A DNA stretch of 64,000 nt from Tubulanus polymorphus (Eukaryota > Animalia > Nemertea), in contig NC_134029.1 in assembly GCF_964204645.1 (NCBI RefSeq), forward strand, positions 17,292,950 through 17,356,949, written 5' to 3'. The number at the start of each line of letters is the position of its first letter. Within the stretch, counting starts at the first letter, position 1. This document shows, one piece after another, positions 37,107-48,451 of this stretch. The notes under the pieces were generated by a model. The model worked only from the letters and a program-made list of their open reading frames with translations, was not told where the DNA came from and searched no databases. The translations under genes and the position numbers were made by a program.

Positions 37107-37236
37107 GATGCAGAGTTCCAGACTCTGATGGATGCAGAGTTCCAGACGCTGATGGGATGCAGCGCTCCAGACTCTGATGATACGCAGAGATTCAGACTCT
37201 GATGGGATGCAGAGTTTCAGACTCTGATGGGATGCA
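37107..37236 (+). repeat. ~24-25-bp minisatellite, about 5 copies
   Basis: gatgcagagttccagactctgatgg variants. Confidence 0.9.
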
Positions 37237-38059
37237 TATTTTTACCAACTTGACATTTCGCTGATTTACAGTCAGCTGATTGTGTTTTGTTTCCGAGAAA
37301 TTCGTGAACATCTCTGTATAAAAAATCCGCAGTAGGAATTCAGTCCAATAATCATTGATTTCAAGTTTTATTCACTTTATACAAGTTATACCCAAAATAG
37401 AAAGAAGGAAATAGGCAATGATTATGAAAATCGATTATCAATTCTATATAGAGAATGAGATCAAATAATTCATAATTTGTTGATTTTTTCTTGGATGGAC
37501 TACCAGCGGTTGAGCAAGCTTTAGATAGAGGTTTAAATCTATATTCTCCGGTGCACTTCAGACGAGGTTTCCTCAGGACAATGTTGTGTAATAGGGACGC
37601 GCATGGAGAGAAGCCCATCATCATTTTCAGATATCCATTTCGCAATTAAAATTAGACCATTACATTGTACATCAAACATCAACACAAAATGGGAAAAAAA
37701 GAAAACTAGCGGTCGGAAAATTATTTCTCAATGCCACTCGAGTATCGTGTTCCCGCTAGAAGGCTTGGAGTCCGCCCCGATCCGTCTACTGTATCTGAAT
37801 ACAACATAGAAAATCCAGTCGATTAGTCTCCAGATGCGTCATTCTACGCTTCCAGCGCCGCGATTGATTCTCTCCACATGATCATGATCAACCTTATATG
37901 ACACCATCGAGCTTTAGCGATATCTTCACTTAACTTGTTCAACCGACGGTGGAAAATAGAAGTTGGTTTTTTTTATCTCAAAATAAAGTACGACCCTGTT
38001 ATCCATTCAATTGGTAGAGATTTTGCTTGATTTTTTTCATTTGATGTCCCTTACAAGCG

Positions 38060-41000
38060 GGAAATTCTTATTCTAGAATTCTGAGAAGGATTTATATCAC
38101 TCCCACTCATTTATTTAAGAGAAAAATTAATTATTTATTTTCTATCATTTTCACTAGTCCCAAAATAATTGCACTTACAACTGTTATTAAAAATGAAATA
38201 ATATGTCCAGCAGCAAAACTAATAATATTTCCAGCAGACTTTAAAACAAAGCTAACAATTGATGCTATAACACCAGGTAGAGCTGCAGCAGATTTTTTTA
38301 GATATATCCCATAGATACTTAGCTAATTTCTTAACCCATCCTTAAGTCCTATCTTTTATAGAATTATGACTCGGAGGTTTATCCGGTTTATTAGGGGTAG
38401 GTGTAGATTTTAATGAATTTGATATAGCTAAACCTATCGTTATAAATATCATAGTCACATCTTTCAATGATACTTTAGAATTTGGTTTTATTATTAAATT
38501 TTTAATCTATTAATATTATAATCACATGATTTAAATAAATCTTTTTTTTCTTTCTGTAATTCTATATTATATTTAAAATCATCAATTTCTTTTTCTAAAC
38601 GTAATTCTTTTTGTCTTTTTTATTCCATTTCATCAATTACTTGATGATCTAAATCAGACTTTAATTGTTCTAATTCTTTATTTGATTTAGTTAATTAATC
38701 TTCGAATGTATTAATTTTATGATCTCTAATCATTTTATCGTGCGCAATTTTTACAGCTGATTTTTGTACACCTTTAATTTCTCAAATTGCTTTATCAGAA
38801 AATAAATCTAATTCTTCATCAGCTAAATCAAGAAGTCCTTTTTTTAATAAAGATAGCATTTAATTCCAATTCCAGTACCAGATGTATCTTAAATACTATT
38901 CATATCTTCCTCAAATGAATTAATTGTATCTTTTAAGCTATCTAAATGTTTTTACTACTTGTAATTCATCATTTACTCTTTTGATTGCATTCCATATAAT
39001 TCTGGTAAATTCTTTACCACCTGGTGAATGTTCAATTGACGATCTTGCTCGCATCGCAGGTTAAAATATATTTTCTTGCCCTATTTTCGATAATTGAATT
39101 GGTACAATTCTATTATTTAAGTTAAGATTATAATACCATGCATCATTTTCAAATTCTAAATTACGCAAAAATGGGTCATCTTTTTCAATTTGTATTGCAT
39201 TTTCTTCTGTATCAACGTTATCTGTTACATCTCCTGGTAATAATTCATCAACAACAATAACTGTTACTCTGCCATTCATAAATTCTAATTGCTTTGTCAA
39301 ATAAGAATCAGTTATATTTACTAATCTATTCATGAAATCTTTTTTAAATATTACGGGTTTAATTACTTTCCTTTCGGGAGCTGTTAAATATTCTTCTAAT
39401 TTTTCACGTATTTCGCAATTATTTCATGTTGAATATTATCAGTTTTGATATTTTCTGATGTATTGTAATCTTTTATTTTCGAATTATTATTCAATTTAAT
39501 ATTTTTAGTTTTAGTTTCTGTTAATTGTAAATTTTTTTAATTTTTTCACCCTCCATTAGTTTTGGAGCACTGATAATTTTTTTATTTATATCATTTAAAC
39601 CAAATGAATTATTGATTCCAGCAGTCTTGATTAGATTATTATACCCAATCATATTCCCCATCTTTAATATTAAATCATTAGATATAATCAACAAATTAGG
39701 ACCTATACAATAATTTAATATTATATGAGATTTATCTAAATAATTTCGATATCTTACTATATCATCTGCAATTGATCAATTTTTATCGTTATGATTACAA
39801 TCTTCAACAATATTTTAAATAGTTTCTGCGCATCAAATGAAGTATTTTTATTTCCAACTATTTGTGATCTTTGTTTCAACTAGGACACCTCGAATACAAA
39901 TTGAATATATTCTAATAGATTGATTTATTCTTTGTATACCAGGCTTTGAAAAGCCTTCACTATTTTCTAAAGTTAACCCATCCATCATTTTTGTTGTTGT
40001 ATATTATTATAATATTTGGGTAATTCATTCCAATTCAATGTTCTTAAATCTGTATTTTCTTATCTTACCAAACTCTTTAGTATATAATATTCCTAAGCCA
40101 CCCATTGTCCCACTTTTTGTCCTGAAATCAGAATTATTTATGTTTATATCAAAATCATTACAAACTATATAAAACTTTTATAAATTAATACTATTATCTA
40201 ATTCTTTAAAACATCTAGATCCTGGTAAAGGACATTCTAATTCATTTTAATTCTAATCAATCTTATTTGAAAGTATGTCTAAAAACTGATAAAATTAATG
40301 GTAGACTGTGTTTATTTAAATGATCGTTCCAACTTATACCACATCCTGTTGTTGCACAATAAACTGCAAAATTTAATTGGTTTTGCCAATACTTCATATT
40401 AGTTTTTAATAGCCATTGTTTTGCTTCTTTTAATTCTTTAAAATTAATTAAATATACATGAAATATATTTTTCATCTTTACATTAAAATTATTAGTTTCA
40501 GTAACATAAATATCTAATTTACTTAATGAATTTAAAACTTCATTTCTATAAGTAATATTTTTATCAAAATCTATTGCTAGAATATTGTATTTAATTACAT
40601 TATTATATTGGAAAGCTTATGAAAAATTATTTGCCATTTCTTTGATAAAAGATTGATAATAACAATTGATTAATACTTTTAATTATTTTATCTTGTTCTT
40701 CAATTGTAATATTACCATTTAAACTAAAAATATAATATAGTGTATTTTTTAATTTATTAATTTCTTTTATATTAGATTTTATTTTTTCTTTATTACTTTT
40801 TATATTCAATTTTGAGCTTATGCCAGTAAATACACTTGAAGATAATCTTAGCACACCAATTGATATAGCTTTAGGAGTTAATGGTGAGATTAGTGCTTAA
40901 AATGTAATTAACGAACTAATTGTAACAGACCCACTAATAATAAAATAATATATAATTTTAGATTTCAAATATTTTTTCTTTTTTATTTTTAAATCATTTT

Positions 41001-43473
41001 CAAATTCTAATATTTGATTTTCTAGATATAATTCAATTTAGTTTTATTGATATCATGGAGAATAATATCAATATTATCAACTTTATCATCCATTTATTCA
41101 ACAGAAAAAAAATATATAATTAATTTGTAAATTTATATCCTACAAATATGACAATAATCATGCCACCTTAAATCCATATTATTTCATCTGTTCATTACTT
41201 GGTGTATAATAATCTGATATTGTAGGTTTGTAAAGATGTAATTTTTCTTTATTTGTTACTGCGTTATATAAACTCATAGCGTCATCAACTGATTTCAAAT
41301 CTCTAGGTGAAATATTTTGATTATATAATTCTTTAATAATATAATCCATATAATTTTCTATTTTCTCTCTATATTCTTCTGCTGCTTTATTATATTTTTC
41401 CAATGCTAAGTTATGTCTTTTTGTTCTGATAATGAACTATTTTAATCGATATGCTTAATTAGATATCCACCGCCAGTAAATGCCAGAGCGTTAACAATTG
41501 CCGATAATATAATAGTTATAATTGCAGATGCCATTTATTTAACAAAAAATTATGCATTTATACGAGGAATATCTTTTTTGTTTTTCCAAATAATCAATTG
41601 TTAAATTAGATAAAGCAACTGCTAACGTTAATTTTAAAATATCATTTATATCACATCGATCAACATTAATATTTCCCATTTTAAATACTTTCTTTAATAA
41701 CATTGTATAACCAACCGTTCCCACAGATAGTAAGGCACCATTATATAAACCTTGTATTATCCACTTATTATCACTCATTTATTTATCAAAAAAATTACTA
41801 TCTTCAAAATATTTAGTTATGTTATTTATGATTATTTCAACATTTATTTCATTATTACTTTTATGATTATCATATATTTTAGATAATATATTTTTAATAT
41901 CATCAATAATTCCATCTTCATTTAATTCATAATATTCTAAAGATGTTTTAATTAAATCAATTCCTTTTCCTATATTATAATTTTCATAATTAATCATTGA
42001 TGCATTGTTGATTTACTTTTAATATCAGTAATCACACCATTTAATTTAATTCGCATGGCTTTATCATGCTTGAAATCAAACCCAAAACATATACGCGGTC
42101 CTACTGTTATATTCATATTTATTATTATATGATAATCAATAATTATTCCTTACATCTTACATCTAATTCATAAATCTCAGGAAAGTTATTTAAATCAAAT
42201 AAGTACCATTATGATTTCTTATTTCTAATTTAAAATTATTAAATTGTTGAATACAAGGTTCTAAATTCACATTCTGCGAAATTCAAATTGCTATTTATTT
42301 TTGTTCCAAACTCTTTAACATTCTTCAAAGGTAAAATATTTAATATACTAGAATAACAAGTTGTATCTTTAGTTGCTTCAAATGTTTTTGTAGGATCAAT
42401 GAAATTTTAATAAATATAAAAATGCGTAAAATGGTATTATATTTTAGCTACCGTCTACGTTTCCAGTAACAATATTTGGTTCAATTCTTAACATTTCAGC
42501 TATTGTTTTTTTACCATAAATGCATGTTGACTTTTATCACATACCTTTATTTTAATTTCATTTGTGCTATCACTTTTTATCAATCTAATTAAAGATTTAT
42601 CATCACTTCTAATTTTTAATCGTGCTCTTCGATTAATTTCTTGAGCTAATGTTTCTAAATTATATAATCCTGGTTTTAAAAATAGATGAAACCATTTATT
42701 TATATTTCTAATATGAATTAAAAAAATATTATCTTCAATAGTTTTTCTAGATATATTATAAAAAGAATTATATAAACTTATATTTACTAATTTTAAATCA
42801 ACACAATTTTTGAATTCTCTATCCAGTTGTATAAGTAAATTATGTGCTTTATAATGTGTAAGTCTTCTAGAATCAACAAATATTCTATATTCTTTTAATT
42901 CAACCATTTATTTTACATATTTTTATTCGAAATCTATATCATGGTGCCCTTTTTCATTCTTACCTTTATATGTGAAATAAATATCACCAGAATATAATTC
43001 TTCTAGATCTTCACTAGATAATCTATGAAATCTATCTGGTAAATATGTTTTGAATGTATATTTATTACCTTTCAATCCTTCATATTCTTAATGAATTATT
43101 AATTTATTACCAATTTTATTACTAGTTGTTTTAATATTAGTAATTAAATATCTCTTATGAATTGATAACTCAGTTAACTTTTTGAATTTATTATCTACTG
43201 ATTAAGAATTTGTAGTAAGTTTAATTCTATCTAAGAATGATTTGTTGTTCTCACTGTGTACTTGTTTACTCTCCATTTATTATATACATTTTTATTAAAA
43301 TTGATTTCATTAATATAATATATATAAAATATTCATATATATAGATATTAGAGTAATTAGATAATAGTTGTTTCGGATTAAAGGTTGAAAGGTTGAGTGA
43401 GTAAAAAATAAAAATAAATTCGAGCGTATGAGAATTTATTTTTATTTTTTATTTTTTTATTTTTATTTTTTAA
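38060..43473 (-). mobile_element. Degraded Polinton copy 2 (inverted); lacks pPolB and is truncated at the start of the capsid gene
   Basis: Collinear homologs of the copy 1 ORFs from 25432 to 30890; partial terminal hairpin at 43352-43473. Confidence 0.9.
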
Positions 43474-44509
43474 TTGTTTGTCTACGACTGCGTAATACAC
43501 ATGAACCGAGCAATGCTGAAACTGTGTCGGCCTTACCGAAGAAAGTGGGAATAGTAGAGCAATAAATATTGTTCTAATACTCATTATAAGGATCATTTCA
43601 ATGGCTTTCACTTGATTTTCAAGATGGTGGGATTTTGGAGGAAAGAGTATTGCCCTGCTTACTTTTGACACCTAAGGCCAAAAAATGATACCTTGTTTCT
43701 CATTTTCAAAATCTCTGAAAATGACCCGACAGGCAGGTGTTTATTTTTGTAAATCTTTTTAAAACTTGATTTGTTGGGAATATTGACCAGGAAGGTAGCA
43801 TTTTTTATCTTTGATGAAAATATTAGGAAACAGACTTTCTCACACCAGAACTGAGAAATCATTACTCTCCAACTGAATGAAAATAGTGTCAAAAATGTCT
43901 TATATAGTCTTCGATATGCCTGAATATCTTGGTTGATTGATACGAATGACCGAAGCGGACAGGTCTTGGGCGCCTGTGTCTAATTTCACACTCAACAACA
44001 CCATATTTAACGAATTCATCTGGCATAACATAAGGGCATGTTGTATCACTCAAATTGTCTCGTCGTTTCGGGTAGTTACCTGTTAATATTTTAGATTTAA
44101 CCGAATATATGATAGCGGATGATTTGTCGCTTTACTCAAATGAAAGCAAACAAAGCCTTACATAAAATACAACATGTGTAAGTCTAGTACCAAGCCGCTT
44201 TTTCCCAAACAAGGAACCTGTAACAACGTCTGGTTTCTTGATTCCAATAAATTTCTAGTGACAGTCTTTTATCGATGACAAGAGTACACTGGAAATCTAT
44301 GGGTCGCAGCCGTACCGGTATAGTTTGGTACTACCTTGAACAAATCTCAGACACAAATCAAAGTATATTCTAATGAATAATGAATAATGTTTGTGAGGAT
44401 ATACAGATGAAGATGATGGAGTGTATTTTTTGAAGATGAACATGCTTTATTATTTTCTGAGGATTGATGGACTGTGTTACAATGATCTTCTTAGTGATTA
44501 TTATGGGGT

Positions 44510-45052
44510 TCAATCAAGTATCGGTGACGTTTCAGTCACGTGTGTATTTACGTAAGCACCGGTGTTTGAGGCTTCGCTGAATGACGTAATAGCTACGTTA
44601 ATTACTATTAACAGAAACGACATGATACCAACGGCATTACTGAGTATATCCGACAGTTGAAACGGATCATGTTTCTCATCTGTTTCACTGGGTTTCGGTT
44701 TGGATTCTTTATGTGAAACGGTCAATAATAAAACAGTTATAATTATTTCAAAACCAATCGATAAACTGAGTAAAGTTAAGAGTAAATCGAAATATTGACT
44801 GTGTTCGCGACCACGACTCAAAACAGATCTCAACTGACTTATATTAGATGTCAATAAAGTCAAATTGGAAAGATTGTGGACGTTAGTCTTCTTCGTGTTG
44901 TAGCCTTTCTTCGATACATTTGATGCTCGTTGTTTTGGGCGCTTCTCTCCGTCCGAATATTCCCGAGTTTTACCGACACCTCCCGAGTCTCGAGTACCGT
45001 ACGATTGTACACCTTCCTCGATATCATCACTACTTCCTGCCACTAATGGCAT
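44510..45052 (-). CDS. Ninjurin-family membrane protein
   Basis: YNTKKT..NL..LTLLTSNISQLRSVL, two TM helices, IVINVAITSF. An upstream exon is possible (acceptor at ~45071). Confidence 0.85.
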   Translation of the reverse strand: MPLVAGSSDDIEEGVQSYGTRDSGGVGKTREYSDGEKRPKQRASNVSKKGYNTKKTNVHNLSNLTLLTSNISQLRSVLSRGREHSQYFDLLLTLLSLSIGFEIIITVLLLTVSHKESKPKPSETDEKHDPFQLSDILSNAVGIMSFLLIVINVAITSFSEASNTGAYVNTHVTETSPILD

Positions 45053-45355
45053 TTCCACTTCGGCTTTTTTCTACAAAAAAATTGTTTGTCATTTTAAGTT
45101 GAAAAAAATACATCGGTGAAAATTAGAACGAATTGGTGAAAACTAATTACCATAATCGCCCTGAAGTCTATCAAAGTTGGCGTGTATAGTAACCAATCCA
45201 AAATTATAATCACTCTGAAATGATGAACAGTTCAATGGATTTTCTGTTAGAAACATTTTTCGCCAGGACGCTTTTTCTCCTAAGAGCGGCCTAGAATCGG
45301 TGTCTGATTTAACTAATTTTCTCTAATATCGCATCACTCGGGACGCGATGTTTTG

Positions 45356-45621
45356 ACACCAGTGAAGTTCATTACTTGTTCCTTATTCCTTATTCCGTTG
45401 CTTATTGAGAATTCATCTCCCAATAAGGAACAAGTAACATGTTACTTGTTCCTTGTTCCTTATTCAGATTTTCGTCTTTACCGGTTCAATTTTCGTTACT
45501 TATTGAGAATTCATCTCCCAATAAGGAACAAGTAACATGTTACTTGTTCCTTATTGGGAGATGAATTCTCAATAAGTAACGGAATAAGGAATAAGGAACA
45601 AGTAATGAACTTCACTGGGGT
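45356..45621. mobile_element. Mutator-type MITE
   Basis: 9-bp TSD GATGTTTTG at 45347-45355 and 45622-45630; long TIRs ac.ccagtgaagttcattacttgttcc. Confidence 0.8.
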
Positions 45622-46576
45622 GATGTTTTGTTGTCTTTTAAAGGCGAATGCCACTCAAAAGATGCAGCATGCCAGTCAATACCGGGTTCTTTATTTGGCG
45701 TAAGGGGATGCCAATCGGTGCGTCTCAACGGGGTTAGTTCTAACCCTGGCATGCCATTTGGCATGGCATTTTTCTTGGTTTTTCTCTTTACACTTATGAT
45801 ATTCATGTTTTAAAGTTGGGATGCCTTAAATATCTTTAATTATGAGTTCCAGGGACTAGGAAAATATCTATAATATATGGCTGATTAGTGAGGCGATCGT
45901 ATCAACGTATCATTGCTAAATGTAATGGAAATGATTTCATAAAGCTTCTGGGCGCTAGTCCAGTATACGACATTATAGTGCGTGTGTAGAGTTATACTGC
46001 GTTCTTCGGTCAGTGTTAACAGCGTTTGACAGTTGACAGTTAGAGTAAACGACGAGACGAGCTGGTAACCTGTCAACCATGACTGCAGTGTGGCTTTTAT
46101 TTCATCTGCCTTTTGCTGATATTTTTCTTCATTATAGATTTTCATTGTTTATCATATATGCATTGTGTAAGAATCATAAGGTTGCGGATGACATAGGCCT
46201 ATATATGTTTAATATTTCGAAAATACCAAAAAAGGTACATGAATAAAATTGCAAATCTATTTCCGGGGCACATTCGCATGCACTTAAGCAATTTCACTGC
46301 CATAACAGGCAAGTTCATGCGTGAATAAGCGTCCCCATATTTACCTATTTAAGTTCATGCTGCATTGAGCGTTACGTTATTTCGGTATAAAAATGAAATA
46401 TCAACAACCAATCTGTCAGCACAGATATATTATATTGGGTCTAGGGCTAGGGTTTCGATAGGGTTAGTGTCAAAAGGGTGAGAAGAGGGTCCTGAGGGTT
46501 CCGTTTTACCCCTAGGGATAGGATTAGGGTAAGGTGAGGTACTATAGATAGTTAAAACATTCACATGGTTGTCAGC

Positions 46577-46640
46577 GAGTTCGTTGGTCTTGTGGTATGA
46601 CGCTGCGCTCGTAATCGTATCGGTGGGGTTTCAATTCGAT
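46577..46640 (+). other. Degenerate tRNA-like (SINE head or pseudo-tRNA) sequence
   Basis: A-box-like tggtcttgtgg and B-box-like ggtttcaattc; 5' part resembles tRNA-Pro; no full cloverleaf. Confidence 0.35.
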
Positions 46641-48451
46641 CGAATTGCAGATGGCCACGACGTTTACTTTTTAATGATATTTCTTTCTCTTCTAATGCAA
46701 CCAGACAAGTCGTTCATCTTGGGTTATCATAGGGAGGATGTGTAGGGTGTCACGTGTCAACCGTCTTGTGCATTCATCACCTAACTGTTATGTAGGGTGT
46801 CATCTGTCAGCCGTCTTGTGGAGTCGTCACCCTAGTATGTAAGATGTCGCATGTCATCAGCTGTAGAATAGGGATCCCCAATCAACGATCTATTTTCATG
46901 GAACTTCTTTTAGTTCCATATTACTACGCGTTCTTTCAGCTTGCGCATTAATTCCTCGATTTACTCAAAAGTATCTCTACACGTTGCACTATAATGTCGT
47001 ATATCGGACTTGGGCCAGCTTCTGACTGTGCTCGGAAGTTTGTGATGAATATTTGTAGCGATAATTCCAGAATCATTGTCTCCTCATGTATTTTGTATAG
47101 ATAGGATCTGAGTCGTGGTCTCCACCCTGCCAACAGGATCACGAATGGGGATATAGCAATTTTCCTTCGAATTATCAGCTAAATTCGAGTTAAAGGTTAA
47201 CCTCGTTGAAACCGGGCCTTTGTGTGGCTGTAACATTCACATCCCCAAGCCGTTTATCTGGATCATCGCTGGATGATCCGTAGTTTATAGCAGGGCAGTA
47301 GCTAAGCCTAGAAGTGCGGGTGATGGCGAGAACGAAGCGAGATTACACGTCACGCTGTTCACTCGACTTCAACTGAACCTCCATCTAGGACCCATATACT
47401 ACTTTCGGATTTTTCTTATAAATATCTAGGCCTTTATGGTGATATTTTGTACCGGTTCTAATAGATTTTAATGAAGTTTTTGTTTCTATAGAAATCGAAA
47501 CAATATTGTTTTCGAAATTAATGGCGGTGTCTTGAGGTATATCAGGCAATACAATTTTTCCAGGCGCACAAAAAAAGAACACGCAATTTGCAAATTAGTT
47601 TGTAAAAATTATTGTTATTCAAGATACTGACTGTGGAGAGAACAAAAAAATATATGAGAAGGCACTGATTAAACAAAGAAAATTAAAACAAAACATATTA
47701 TATTTTAATTGAATCGTCGCAATTAGAATGTTCGCAATGCCAAACGCCTTCCATGCCACGTTTAAAACTAATCCATCTCAATGCGCGAGGTGCCGCCGCT
47801 TCACGCTGTTGCGATTTTTTTGTTTGAATCTCGGACAATCATCACAGTTTATTGATAGAACGGTATAAAATGTGATAAAATGAACGTATTTCAGTAAACT
47901 GTAGCTCGTACTTTGACGGCTGCATGAGCGTAAGCGCGCGTGTAATTATCCGGGATTACTCAATCCTGTAAACCTAGAAGCTGAACCTGCCACACACAAC
48001 TCGCAAGTTGTACATCGTGTGTACGGCGAATAAATTTGATTGGACCCAACGTGTACGACTTATGCGAGGTTGACTTTAGACTGTTATAAATCATATTAGT
48101 CCATGTAACATTGTATTAATTTTGGTGATATTAGATCAATACATACCGGTAATAGTGTCTCTTCACTTGTGTCTCACTGAGTGTCTTACAGCTATAACTA
48201 TGGTCAACCGACGACGCCGTTTTCTGTATGTTTATAGTGTTTTGACGTGTTTTATCGTGTTTAACAGTTTAACGTGTTTGCGTGTATTTATGAATGGCTA
48301 ATTCTGCTTTGTGCTTCTTCAAGATTAAAACTATTGTCTCCCTCAGCGAGTGACTGAATTGTACACAACCAACTTGAATTTAAGGGCTGGATAAATCTAA
48401 GTTCATCCGCAAGAAATATATTCATAGAAAGTACATGTTTTCAATCATTGA

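Noticed and set aside
37107-37236. Regular ~25-bp repeats as a possible CRISPR array
   Set aside because: Head-to-tail units with no unique spacers, eukaryotic context, no cas genes.
43672-43900. taaggccaaaaaa.. DNA-transposon-like terminus, loosely similar to positions 13-40
   Set aside because: No partner inverted repeat or TSD found.
46437-46545. Telomere-like TAGGG repeats
   Set aside because: Too degenerate and short to call an interstitial telomere.
46930-47390. Possible reverse-strand LTR/5' region of a retroelement
   Set aside because: No TG..CA boundaries, PBS or coding motif could be fixed.
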